The notes below the pieces were generated by a model. That model made no database searches. It was given only the letters and a program-made list of their open reading frames with translations, and had not been told where the DNA came from. Shown here one piece after another: positions 40,233-49,120 of a stretch of 64,000 bases of DNA. Position numbers and translations under genes: made by a program. The stretch spans positions 6,336,001-6,400,000 of the forward strand of contig OZ241867.1 of assembly GCA_965203175.1 (NCBI GenBank). The letters run 5' to 3'. Position 1 is the first letter of the stretch. Each line of letters opens with the position of its first letter. Source of the DNA: Candidatus Latescibacterota bacterium. Its GTDB lineage: Bacteria > Latescibacterota > UBA2968 > UBA8231.

Positions 40233-40470
40233 TATCCCGCTCCATCAGGTCGAGGAGGGACGAAGTATCGTCCAAATCGACGCCGGGCTGCACGCCTCGC
40301 CCTTTGAAGGTTTTCAAAGGGACGCGAGTCTGTGGCCGAGTAGCCTCCGTGCGCGCCAAGGCTTCGCGCAGCGCATCCTCGATCACCGCCTTGAGTGTGC
40401 GACCCGTCTGCGCAGCGTGTTGCTTGGCCTCTAACAGCAACTGGTCATCCAACTGAATCGTCGTTCTCAT
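40219..40470 (-). CDS. vapB: RHH antitoxin
   Basis: MRTTIQLDDQLL...RTLKAVIEDALRE, PGVDLDD; overlaps vapC. Confidence 0.88.
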   Translation of the reverse strand: MRTTIQLDDQLLLEAKQHAAQTGRTLKAVIEDALREALARTEATRPQTRVPLKTFKGRGVQPGVDLDDTSSLLDLMERDSGPA

Positions 40471-40543
40471 ACATAAAAGCATATGATATATACATAAATA
40501 TGGCAATTGCCCTTTTAAATTACCGGACGTTAGATTGCTCGTC

Positions 40544-42124
40544 ATGGCGGACTCTACGTACGACGGCATCATCCTTGGAACCGGCCACAACAGCCTGATC
40601 CTGCAGGCCTACCTGTGCCGAGCCGGCCTACGCGTCGTCAGCCTAGAGCGAAACGCCGTGCCCGGCGGCGGACTGCGCACCGAAGAGTGGCCAGTCGGCT
40701 CCGGATTCCTGCACAACACTCACTCGTTCTACCACCGAGGCGTGACCCGGATGCCGTGGTACGCCGAACTCGAACTCGAGCGGCACGGTGCCCACTATCT
40801 CGAGCCCGATCTGAACGTGGCCATGCTACTCCCGGAAGGACGCTCCCTGACTTGGTGGACGGACTTCGAGCGCACCGCCGACTCCTTCGCTCAGTTCAGC
40901 CGCCGAGACGCCGCTACCTTGCGCCGCTGGCGCGAAGCGTTCCTGCCCATCGTGACGAAGATTCTGGAACCCGAGGCGCAGGCACCCCCACTACCAGCCC
41001 CAGAGCGCCAGCGCCGCTTGGAAGCCACGACCGAGGGTCGCCTGCTACTAGAAACAAGCGCCTACTCCCCACGCGAGTTTGTGCTGCGCGAGTTCGAGAA
41101 CCCAGCGGTGCAGGCCGGCCTCCTGTTCTTCAATGGCCTGCGCGAAGTCGATCCGCGCACGCCCGGCTTCGGCCACCACATCCCAGCGCTGTTGGCCGCC
41201 CGCGGCAAGGCGCAAATGTGCATCGGCGGGTCGTCACGGCTGGCCAAAGCCCTCGTCTCCGCCGTCGCCGAAGCCGGGGGCGAAGTGCGCACCAACGTCG
41301 AGTTGACGCAGATCGCGGTGCAACCTGTCGCCAACGAGCCAAGCCGGGCCGCCGGAGTCGTCACGACCGCAGGCGAGCGAATCGACGCCCGCCATTTCAT
41401 CGCCTCGGGCCTCAACCCGCAGCAGACCTTCCTCGATCTGATTGATCCTGCGCACTTGCCAGCTTCCTGGCGCGACCAAGCCGCCGCGTTTCGCTACAAC
41501 CTGCTGGCACCCCTGTTCGGCCTCTACCTCAACCTCGACGAAGCCCCGCTCTACTCGGCGGCCGAGGCCAACCCCGAGTTGGACGACGCCTTCATGGTCC
41601 TCCTCGGCTTGCAGTCAGTGACCGACTTCGACGACATAGTACGGGCGCACGAGCAGGGCCAGTTGCCGCCGACGGTAATGTGGGGATCCTGTCCCAGCCG
41701 CTTCGACGCCACCCAAGCACCCGACAATGCCCATACCGCTTTCATGTGGGAAAAGGTGCCCTTCCGCCTGCGCGGCCGCGCCGATCATTGGGACGCAGAG
41801 GCCGCAGCCCACGGCCACCGCATGCTCGACGCTTGGGCCGATTTCGCACCGAACCTGCGGGATGTCGTGCGCGAGCACATGATCCGCCCGGCCCACCACA
41901 TTCCCAAGCGGCTGCCGAACATGCGCAACGGCGACCTACTAGTAGGCTCCCTCGGCCACGGCCAGGTCGGCTACAACCGGCCCTTCCCAGGCGCTGGCCA
42001 CTACCGGGGCTATCTAACAGGTCTATACCTGTGCGGTTCGTGCTGCCACCCGTCGGGGAACATCACTGGGCTGCCGGGTTACAATGCGTGGCAGGTGATC
42101 GCCGCGGATCTAGGGTTGAATTGA
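40544..42124 (+). CDS. Phytoene desaturase-family FAD oxidoreductase
   Basis: GTGHNSL, LERNAVPGG, GLYLCGSCCHPSGNITGLPGYNA. Confidence 0.88.
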   Translation: MADSTYDGIILGTGHNSLILQAYLCRAGLRVVSLERNAVPGGGLRTEEWPVGSGFLHNTHSFYHRGVTRMPWYAELELERHGAHYLEPDLNVAMLLPEGRSLTWWTDFERTADSFAQFSRRDAATLRRWREAFLPIVTKILEPEAQAPPLPAPERQRRLEATTEGRLLLETSAYSPREFVLREFENPAVQAGLLFFNGLREVDPRTPGFGHHIPALLAARGKAQMCIGGSSRLAKALVSAVAEAGGEVRTNVELTQIAVQPVANEPSRAAGVVTTAGERIDARHFIASGLNPQQTFLDLIDPAHLPASWRDQAAAFRYNLLAPLFGLYLNLDEAPLYSAAEANPELDDAFMVLLGLQSVTDFDDIVRAHEQGQLPPTVMWGSCPSRFDATQAPDNAHTAFMWEKVPFRLRGRADHWDAEAAAHGHRMLDAWADFAPNLRDVVREHMIRPAHHIPKRLPNMRNGDLLVGSLGHGQVGYNRPFPGAGHYRGYLTGLYLCGSCCHPSGNITGLPGYNAWQVIAADLGLN

Positions 42125-42152
42125 CGGGACCGGCGGTCTCCACCTGACTCTG

Positions 42153-42707
42153 CTAAAAACCGCAGGCCCTTAAAACCGGATGTTCCAAAACGGACGCGAC
42201 TTCCGTCCAAGCCTGTTGGCTATTCTCTCGCTCAAGGTCTGGGTAAAATCCGAAATCGAGATACACTTTGATGGCGGGAATCCGCCCGCTTGAAGTGCCG
42301 AGAAAACTGCGCTCGTGGAATCGCTTGAGGTATGCCATCGCCACGGACATCATCGGCTTGGCAAGCCCGCGTCCCTGATAGTCCGGGTAAATCGCGACCC
42401 AGTGAATCTGGCCCCAATCCTGGCCGTTTAAATCGGGCTGCCACCACGCCGTAATGGTCCCGATCTCTTCGCCAGCGTCGGTGGTCAAATAAAAACTTCG
42501 CTCCTCCAGCGCCCCAAAATCGCGTTTGAATTCGCGCGCAAAAAGCTGGTCGTCAACGTCGAAGTACGGTTCTGCCGCTCGCTGAATCCGCGTCCAGATA
42601 GCCCCTTCATGCGGCCGGTAATTCCGCATGGCAAACCCTTGGGGGATTGGAAATTGCGGAATATCTTCCATATGCTCGCGAATCATTCTGACACTGTAGT
42701 TTTTCAT
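42153..42707 (-). CDS. GNAT N-acetyltransferase
   Basis: IHWVAIYPDYQGRGLAK, AIKVYLDFGF. Confidence 0.88.
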   Translation of the reverse strand: MKNYSVRMIREHMEDIPQFPIPQGFAMRNYRPHEGAIWTRIQRAAEPYFDVDDQLFAREFKRDFGALEERSFYLTTDAGEEIGTITAWWQPDLNGQDWGQIHWVAIYPDYQGRGLAKPMMSVAMAYLKRFHERSFLGTSSGRIPAIKVYLDFGFYPDLERENSQQAWTEVASVLEHPVLRACGF

Positions 42708-42786
42708 CGGCACCTGCTACCTTTTTTTCATATTATAATCAGATCCTATCGCCAGCCGATATTCTTGCATTTCGAGGGAGGTGAAC

Positions 42787-43422
42787 ATGCAAGCGAATCT
42801 CGTGACGTTGATCCGAATATTCCTAGTGTTCCTAGTAATTGGGTTGTACAAAGTCAACACCATCGCCTGCGGTATAGCGGTTTTGCTGACCATCGCCACC
42901 CTCTACATGGACGCGCTCGACGGCATCATCGCCCGCCGCCTCGGCATCGAATCCGATCTAGGCGCAATGTTCGACATCGCTGGGGATCGCATCGTCGAGA
43001 ACGTCTTCTGGGTCTATTTTGCGTCGATCGGCATGGCCAGCGTCTGGGCTGCGGCCATCGTCGTCGCCCGCAGTTTTCTCATCGACTGGCTGCGGACGCT
43101 CGCCTTTATAGATGCAGGCCAAACTGCCTTCGGCATGCGCAGCCGCTGGGCAAAGGCACTCGTGAGCTCTCGCTTCAGTCGGGCGCTCTACGGCTTTACC
43201 AAGGCGGTCGTGTTTGTCTATCTGGGCGCTGTACTGCTGATTCAGTCCGGCCAAGCCGAGTACGGCTGGTCAATCGGAGTGTCCACAGAATTGCTGCTGC
43301 TGATCGGCCAAGCAATCGTCTGGCTGACAGTGGTGATGTGCCTGGTGCGAGGCGTCCCGGTAATATGGGACAGCCAGGATGTTCTGTTTCGCAAAATGTT
43401 TCCCGGCCTGCTACGAGATTAG
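42787..43422 (+). CDS. CDP-alcohol phosphatidyltransferase (PgsA-like)
   Basis: ANLVTLIR, DALDGIIARR...GAMFDIAGD signature. Confidence 0.9.
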   Translation: MQANLVTLIRIFLVFLVIGLYKVNTIACGIAVLLTIATLYMDALDGIIARRLGIESDLGAMFDIAGDRIVENVFWVYFASIGMASVWAAAIVVARSFLIDWLRTLAFIDAGQTAFGMRSRWAKALVSSRFSRALYGFTKAVVFVYLGAVLLIQSGQAEYGWSIGVSTELLLLIGQAIVWLTVVMCLVRGVPVIWDSQDVLFRKMFPGLLRD

Positions 43423-43430
43423 CCAGTCCC

Positions 43431-44069
43431 GTGAAAGCCGCGCTATTCGATCTAGACGGCACGCTGCTGCCCGGCACCAGCGCCGAAAGGGAGTTCATCC
43501 GCTTCGCGCTGAAGACCGGCAAGCAGACCACTCCAGAGGCGGTTCGCACATTCCTGTCTTGGGCCGTCCGCATCCCTACCCGCGGCGTCCAGTCCAACAA
43601 GACCCACTTCGGCGGCGTCGAGATGGATCTACTCGCAGAAACGGCAGAAACCTTCTGTCAACAGCAACTAACTCACCGCATCCCAGATCAGGCCCAGCGC
43701 CTGATTGCCGCCCATCGCGCTGCTGGAGATTATCTCGGCATTGTGTCGGGAGCGCCGGAGGTCCTGATCGCACCCCTGAAGGATCTTCTCGATCTGGATT
43801 TTGTCGTTGGAACCACGCTAGCCTGCAAGCAGGGACGCTTGACGGGCGACTTGGACGGCCCGCGCGTATCCGGCTCTGAGAAGGTCCGCCAGTCGGAAGA
43901 AGTAGCGCGAGCATACGAATTCGACCTGCGCGAATCCACGGCCTACGGAAACGCCTTTGGCGACCGCTTCTTGCTAGCGGAGGTCGCCCATCCCGTCGTT
44001 GTCAACCCAGACCGCTGGCTAGCGCGTCTGGCCCGCAAGAAGGGCTGGCCGATCTGTACTTTCTCTTGA
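43431..44069 (+). CDS. HAD-IB family phosphatase
   Basis: FDLDGTL, VSG, GSEK, AYGNAFGD, VVNPD; true start is GTG 43431. Confidence 0.87.
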   Translation: MKAALFDLDGTLLPGTSAEREFIRFALKTGKQTTPEAVRTFLSWAVRIPTRGVQSNKTHFGGVEMDLLAETAETFCQQQLTHRIPDQAQRLIAAHRAAGDYLGIVSGAPEVLIAPLKDLLDLDFVVGTTLACKQGRLTGDLDGPRVSGSEKVRQSEEVARAYEFDLRESTAYGNAFGDRFLLAEVAHPVVVNPDRWLARLARKKGWPICTFS

Positions 44070-44104
44070 AAGACAACCTAAAACCTCGATTCCGAAGGAA
44101 TACT

Positions 44105-45007
44105 ATGGCAAACGCAAAAAGCCGATACGTCAACCCCTCCAGAGTCATGCTAGGAGAGTGCACCCGCAAGGAAATTCGCCAAGCGCTACAAAGCGGCAAC
44201 CTGCAAGCCGCCATCATCCCCATCGGCGCAACCGAACAGCACAACGAACACCTGAGCTTGGATCTGGATATTGTCCTGTCCACGTTTATCTCCCAGCAGG
44301 CCGCCTTGCAACTCTACCCACAGGTCACAGTTGCGCCGCCTTGTCCGGTGGGCTATTCCCCGTATCACATGGCGCGCAAGGGAACGCTGACATTGCGCAA
44401 GGAAACGCTGCGAGCCTATATCTTCGACGTAGTGGAGAGCCTGAAAACTCACGGCATTCGCACTATCCTCGTCGTAAACGGTCATGGCGGCAATCACGGC
44501 TTGTTGCAAGGTGTGCTGCCAGCGTGGCGACGAGACCTAGGTATCACGCTGGATGAGGATTCGTACTGGATGGGGCTTACAGACGAGGACCGGGAAACCA
44601 TTCTCCAAGGCTATCGAGATCTTAAAGCGGGCAAGCTGGACACGGTGGCGCGCCAAACCGCGCTAAACCACGCCTCAGAGGACGAGACATCCGTAATGTT
44701 GGCGGCCTGCCCACAACGAGTCCGCGCTTTCACAATGGAAGAGTATGACGCCGCTGGCTTGGACTACGCCCACAACCTATCACCTGAAGTCGAGGCGTAT
44801 CTCGAACCCTTTTCCAAGGAAGGCTGGCCGCAGGGCGGACCGAACCCAGAAAACCCGCGCGACCGCGCCCGTCAAGAAAACGCGTTACTTGCCAGCGTAG
44901 AAAAAGGAGAAGCACTCATCTCCATCCACACCCAATTCATCGCCGACAAGTTGCAGCAAATGATCGACGCCACAGACAAGGGGCATCCCTGGCCCGCGCC
45001 CGAATAA
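44105..45007 (+). CDS. Creatininase family amidohydrolase
   Basis: PIGATEQHNEHL, GYSPYH, VNGHGGN, HASEDETS. Confidence 0.88.
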   Translation: MANAKSRYVNPSRVMLGECTRKEIRQALQSGNLQAAIIPIGATEQHNEHLSLDLDIVLSTFISQQAALQLYPQVTVAPPCPVGYSPYHMARKGTLTLRKETLRAYIFDVVESLKTHGIRTILVVNGHGGNHGLLQGVLPAWRRDLGITLDEDSYWMGLTDEDRETILQGYRDLKAGKLDTVARQTALNHASEDETSVMLAACPQRVRAFTMEEYDAAGLDYAHNLSPEVEAYLEPFSKEGWPQGGPNPENPRDRARQENALLASVEKGEALISIHTQFIADKLQQMIDATDKGHPWPAPE

Positions 45008-45011
45008 AAAC

Positions 45012-45815
45012 TTACGCCGAATTCGCAGAAGATTCGCCCGGCGGCAAGAGGGAAAACTCCACCTCGAGATGCGTCTCAGGCACGTGCAGATTGCTTTCGA
45101 TCAGAGACTGCCAAGCCCACAAAACCTGCCACCGACTGGCGCGCTGGTCGATAATCTGACGCCGCACCAGCCCAACCCGCCATACATCGCCAGCGGCCGG
45201 AGGCAGGCTCTGCGCGTCCGCCAACCTTTTCAACCCCTCCCAAGGGAAGGCCAGTTCCACGCTCCAGCCTTGGTCGATATCATCCCGTTTATTCAGGGTA
45301 CCCGCAACCTGCACTCCGACCTGTAATCCGGGAAAGCGCCAGTGCGAAAAAGCCCAGCGCATGGCGCGATAGTCGGAATTCGACCCTCCGCCCAAGACTT
45401 CGGGCCGATGCACCGCCAGATCAAACTCCGGCACGTCGTAGCGGCCACCGCGCTGATAGGCCTCCTTCCAGATGTGGAACATCTCTGAAGTCGCGCCCAG
45501 CGGATTGACGGCCAGTTCGTAATACGCTCCCCGACCGACGAGGAGCACCCCGACGTTGTTGTCCTGCCGGACTACCAGCGGATCCTCTTCCTCCGCACCG
45601 CACACATCGCGATCTTCCATCCAAAAGCCCACGTAAAAATTCTGGTCGTCCCACAGCATGGCCGCTCGGGTATCGAAAAGCGATCGCCGTCCGCTGTGAT
45701 CCCCAAAGCGCGGAGAGCGCGGTGCCCGAACCCAAGCTTCTTCCTGCAGGTGGCCGTCCACATCAATGGCGTCTTCGGTCCTATGACAAACGTAGCGCAC
45801 GGTCTTGTCACTCAT
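45012..45815 (-). CDS. CBM9-like protein (paralogue of 45812-46636)
   Basis: IDVDGHLQEEAW, TRAAMLWDD, YYELAVNPLG, GWSVELAFPW. Confidence 0.8.
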   Translation of the reverse strand: MSDKTVRYVCHRTEDAIDVDGHLQEEAWVRAPRSPRFGDHSGRRSLFDTRAAMLWDDQNFYVGFWMEDRDVCGAEEEDPLVVRQDNNVGVLLVGRGAYYELAVNPLGATSEMFHIWKEAYQRGGRYDVPEFDLAVHRPEVLGGGSNSDYRAMRWAFSHWRFPGLQVGVQVAGTLNKRDDIDQGWSVELAFPWEGLKRLADAQSLPPAAGDVWRVGLVRRQIIDQRASRWQVLWAWQSLIESNLHVPETHLEVEFSLLPPGESSANSA

Positions 45816-46636
45816 TCCGCACCCACCACCTTTTCGGAAAAATGTATCACACTGAAGCGATCCGGGATGTGCGAATCATAAGTCCCGTGGCTGGTCCAAG
45901 CCCACCCAGGACACACCCGCGTGCCGCCCTCCTCAATCCACTGGAAGCGCGAAAAATCCATCCGCCATATATCCCCTTCCCGAGCCGGCAGCGAGCGCCC
46001 GTCCGCCAAGTGCTTCAACCCCTGCCACGGAAAGGCGATTTCAGCGGTCCAACCCCGGTCGGTGTCGCTGGAATCATTGATGGTGCCGTCCACCTGTACC
46101 GCCCATTGCAACCCCGGCATGTCCCATTCGCGAAAGGCCCAGCGCCGCCCGCGCGGATGCCGATGTCCCGACGGCGGCCCTCCGAGGGTATCCACCAGCC
46201 GGGTACCCAGCAGATCGAATTCGGGCAGCTTGGCGTACCCAGCCTCGATGTAGGCGTCCTGCCACACGTAAAACCGCTCCATGATGGTGCCCAAGGCATT
46301 CAGCTCGAATTCGTAATAGCTATCCTCACCGGCTATGAAGACCTCCACGTCGTTTTCCTCGCAGATCATGGAATCGCGCGTGGTATAGGTCGCCCGCACA
46401 TCCGGGTCTTCCACCCAAAAGCCCACGTAGAGGTACTCGTCATCCCACATCACCGCGGCCCGAGTGTCGAAAAGGGCCGGTCGGCCCGGTTCCTCCAGAT
46501 CCTCGAAACGCGGCGATTTGGGCACCAATTGCCACGATTCCTCGTCGAGGTGCCCGTCCACCACAATCGGACTCTTCGCCCGATAGCTGGTATAGTGCTT
46601 CAAACCCTCTTCCGAATAGCCGTATTTACTCGTCAT
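45812..46636 (-). CDS. CBM9-like protein
   Basis: IVVDGHLDEESW, WDDEYLYVGF, ENDVEVF, YYEFELNALG, GWTAEIAFPW. Confidence 0.82.
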   Translation of the reverse strand: MTSKYGYSEEGLKHYTSYRAKSPIVVDGHLDEESWQLVPKSPRFEDLEEPGRPALFDTRAAVMWDDEYLYVGFWVEDPDVRATYTTRDSMICEENDVEVFIAGEDSYYEFELNALGTIMERFYVWQDAYIEAGYAKLPEFDLLGTRLVDTLGGPPSGHRHPRGRRWAFREWDMPGLQWAVQVDGTINDSSDTDRGWTAEIAFPWQGLKHLADGRSLPAREGDIWRMDFSRFQWIEEGGTRVCPGWAWTSHGTYDSHIPDRFSVIHFSEKVVGAE

Positions 46637-46833
46637 GTACTGGGTCTCTCCGAATGGCCCAACTTGGGTGTCGAAATTGACCAAGAAAAACTATTCAGGT
46701 ATGCTTAGTACGCGATTTCGCTGTTGGAAGATACCCTACTAGTAGTCATGCGTCGGTATTATAACACACCTCTCGAAAAGGGCAACCCATTTGAAATCAC
46801 TGGTTTACAGAATGATTCTTAACGAGGACTGAT

Positions 46834-47054
46834 ATGACCAACAAACTCAAAAATGCTTTCGACAAAATCTCAACTCTGAGCGAAAAAGAGCAGGACGCTA
46901 TCGCGGAAGCTCTCCTAGCGGTAGTAGATGATACTTGGGGGCCAGAGGACGATAAGGACGAAGCCGAATGGGACGCCCTAGTGGGATCAAAAAGATCTCA
47001 TGCTTGGTTGGACAAAATGGTAAAGCAAGTTCGGCAAGATATTCAAGAAGGAAG
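46834..47054 (+). pseudogene. Orphan antitoxin-like gene, 3' end lost (reads into the convergent sigma gene up to 47205)
   Basis: MTNKLKNAF...LSEKEQDAIA...EWD...VRQDIQEG resembles small TA antitoxins; GAGGA SD; no toxin downstream. Confidence 0.5.
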
Positions 47055-48398
47055 TCAGGAAGCCATCCGCAGCGGCATGAGCACGGCAGCGTGGTGTTCC
47101 TCCCCCACCTCAAAGTGCAGGGGTGCCTCACTGTGGTCAAGATATATCCGTATCTCCTCTGCCGAGTCTTTCAGAGCCTCCACAATCGTCTTGAGGAAGT
47201 CGTGATTCAGGTCGACGCGGAATGACCCTCCATCCTCGATATTCGTCACATCAGCAGGGCAACTCACGGAATGTTCCCAGTCTGGGAAGTCGTCACCGTA
47301 CAGGTCGTCCGCATTTTCCTCGGTCCGACTGAACCCCTGATCCCGCGTCGTTCGCAGCGCTAGTCTCCCCTCTGTACTCGACACCCGCATCTGTACGCGG
47401 GACATGTACTCCCAGCCACTCTTCACCAGTTCGTGGCGCTCTCTGAGAAACGGCTCAATCTCCTCCACGCAGGCCATCAGACTCTCGCTGTGCACGACCG
47501 CCAAGATCGGACCGGGGATGCCGACGGCCTCTTGGTACTTGAGGTACGGTCCAGGAGTTGCCGGGAATGTCACCCTACGGCCGTCCGCAGTCTGCAACGT
47601 GGCCGATTCCTCTTCGAGAATCAGCGTCGCCGCGTCGGTATCCGGGATCATTTCAGGGTGCAATGAATCGAGAATCATCGGAGCCGGCAGCGACGCGAGC
47701 CCCTTACTCGACCAGTTGAGTAGCCGCGAGCCGTCTGTTGCGACGACTCTGCCACCAGCGTCGAGACAGACGCAGTGCATAATGGGCCGCTTGGGATCGT
47801 CGCTTGTGAAGCGAGCTACGTGCCGCAGTCCGGCTAGATCGTCCGCGCCGAGTTCAAATGTCTGTGCAGTGCTGGATTCCGCCATCGCCATGATCTCCTT
47901 TTGCAGGCGTTTCCGGGCCTTTTGCAGACGGCTTTTTACCACTCCGGTTTGGAGGTGCAGCAAGGTTGCTGTCTGCTGATATGAATAGCCCTTGAGGTAG
48001 TGGTGGACAATCACGTCTCGGTGGGAGTCACTCAATCGTCCGATCGCCTTCCGCACCAGCGCCCTGATCTCCTGCTTCTCCTGCTCGGGCGGTGCCGCCA
48101 AGTCGAGCTGATCCAGCAGATTGAGTTGCGTGATACGACGCCGCTGCCACATGCGCGCTTTGTTGTCCGCGATCGAGCACAGCCAGGCACCGAACCGCTC
48201 GGGAGCGCGCAACTTCGCTAAATGCTGGTACGCGGCAATGAACGCCTCCTGCAGCACATCCTCTGCCGCCTCTTGCGCACCCAGCCTGCGAGTGAGCCGC
48301 ACCAGCAGCCACGGCGTGTGTTCCTCAACGAGCAAACCAAACGCCGCAGAGTCGCCAGCAGCAGCCTTCTGCACGCAGCTTTCTCCATTCCGTTCCAT
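47055..48398 (-). CDS. ECF sigma-70 factor fused to a DnaN (beta sliding clamp) domain II-III homologue
   Basis: sigma2/4 (AEDVLQEAF, FGAWLCSIA, VKSRLQKARKRL), then clamp motifs KRPIMHCV, VATDGSRL, GPYLKY, DLNHDFL..IVEAL, AVLMPLR. Confidence 0.85.
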   Translation of the reverse strand: MERNGESCVQKAAAGDSAAFGLLVEEHTPWLLVRLTRRLGAQEAAEDVLQEAFIAAYQHLAKLRAPERFGAWLCSIADNKARMWQRRRITQLNLLDQLDLAAPPEQEKQEIRALVRKAIGRLSDSHRDVIVHHYLKGYSYQQTATLLHLQTGVVKSRLQKARKRLQKEIMAMAESSTAQTFELGADDLAGLRHVARFTSDDPKRPIMHCVCLDAGGRVVATDGSRLLNWSSKGLASLPAPMILDSLHPEMIPDTDAATLILEEESATLQTADGRRVTFPATPGPYLKYQEAVGIPGPILAVVHSESLMACVEEIEPFLRERHELVKSGWEYMSRVQMRVSSTEGRLALRTTRDQGFSRTEENADDLYGDDFPDWEHSVSCPADVTNIEDGGSFRVDLNHDFLKTIVEALKDSAEEIRIYLDHSEAPLHFEVGEEHHAAVLMPLRMAS

Positions 48399-48406
48399 GA
48401 TTACCT

Positions 48407-48437
48407 TATAGTTGCTTCCTAGGCGACAAAGGTATCC
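48407..48437 (-). promoter_or_regulatory. Putative ECF promoter GGATACC-N16-CAACTATA
   Basis: Directly upstream of the sigma ATG; conserved copy at 14347-14376. Confidence 0.55.
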
Positions 48438-48462
48438 GCAAAAAGGAACCGTCGGGACAAAC

Positions 48463-48503
48463 TTGACAGGATTTTCACAACATGTACAGTAAATAGGTAC
48501 ATA
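48463..48503 (+). promoter_or_regulatory. yefM-yoeB promoter/operator
   Basis: TTGACA-N16-TACAGT overlapped by TGTACA and GGTACA boxes, like the known YefM operator core. Confidence 0.65.
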
Positions 48504-48518
48504 TCACAGGAGAATCAA

Positions 48519-48809
48519 ATGACCACCATTACGACCTATACCCAAGCCAGAGCCGCACTCGCATCGCTCTGCGACGAAGTCGCCTCCACCCGCGAGCCCG
48601 TGATCATACGGCGGCGCAATGCCGAAGACGTTGCGCTGGTTTCAGCCGACGAATTAGCCAGCCTCCTCGAGACCGCTCATCTCCTCAGATCGCCCCAAAA
48701 CGCCCAACGCCTTCTCACAGCGATCAACCGCGCACAGAGCCGGGAGTTGTCTCCTTCTTCCGTAGAAGAGTTGCGCCGGGAACTCGGTCTTGTCGAAGAA
48801 GAAAAGTAA
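48519..48809 (+). CDS. yefM: Phd/YefM antitoxin
   Basis: TYTQARAALASLCDEV, PVIIRRR, ETAHLLRSPQNAQRL. Confidence 0.93.
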   Translation: MTTITTYTQARAALASLCDEVASTREPVIIRRRNAEDVALVSADELASLLETAHLLRSPQNAQRLLTAINRAQSRELSPSSVEELRRELGLVEEEK

Positions 48810-49092
48810 AAGAAAGGACGCCCCCACCGCTCGCGAATGGGTAGGAGTATTCCATCCTGAATTTGTTGAAGATTTGCGTTACTGGGTACAGACCAACCGC
48901 AAAATAGCGCTGCGCGCCTTTGATCTGATACAGGCCGTGCTCCGCGACCCATTCTCAGGTATCGGCAAACCAGAACCCCTCAAATACCTTCCATCCGGGA
49001 CTTGGTCGCGACGCCTTACAGAAGAGCATCGCCTAGTGTACATGGTAAGCGAAGGACGTATAGATTTCTTGCAGGCGCGCTACCATTATTGA
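48790..49092 (+). CDS. yoeB: Txe/YoeB toxin
   Basis: EDLRYW, PFSGIGKPEPLK, WSRRLTEEHRLVY, ARYHY. Confidence 0.94.
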   Translation: MSKKKSKRKDAPTAREWVGVFHPEFVEDLRYWVQTNRKIALRAFDLIQAVLRDPFSGIGKPEPLKYLPSGTWSRRLTEEHRLVYMVSEGRIDFLQARYHY

Positions 49093-49120
49093 GCTTCGGG
49101 GAACCACCGGCTTTCGACGT

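Noticed and set aside
42609-43430. Apparent 486-aa HAD fusion
   Set aside because: The N-terminal part is an alternative frame over the CDP-alcohol transferase gene; the HAD motif starts at GTG 43431
47055-47885. The replicative dnaN gene or origin region
   Set aside because: It lacks domain I, is fused to a sigma, and has no dnaA/recF/gyrB context
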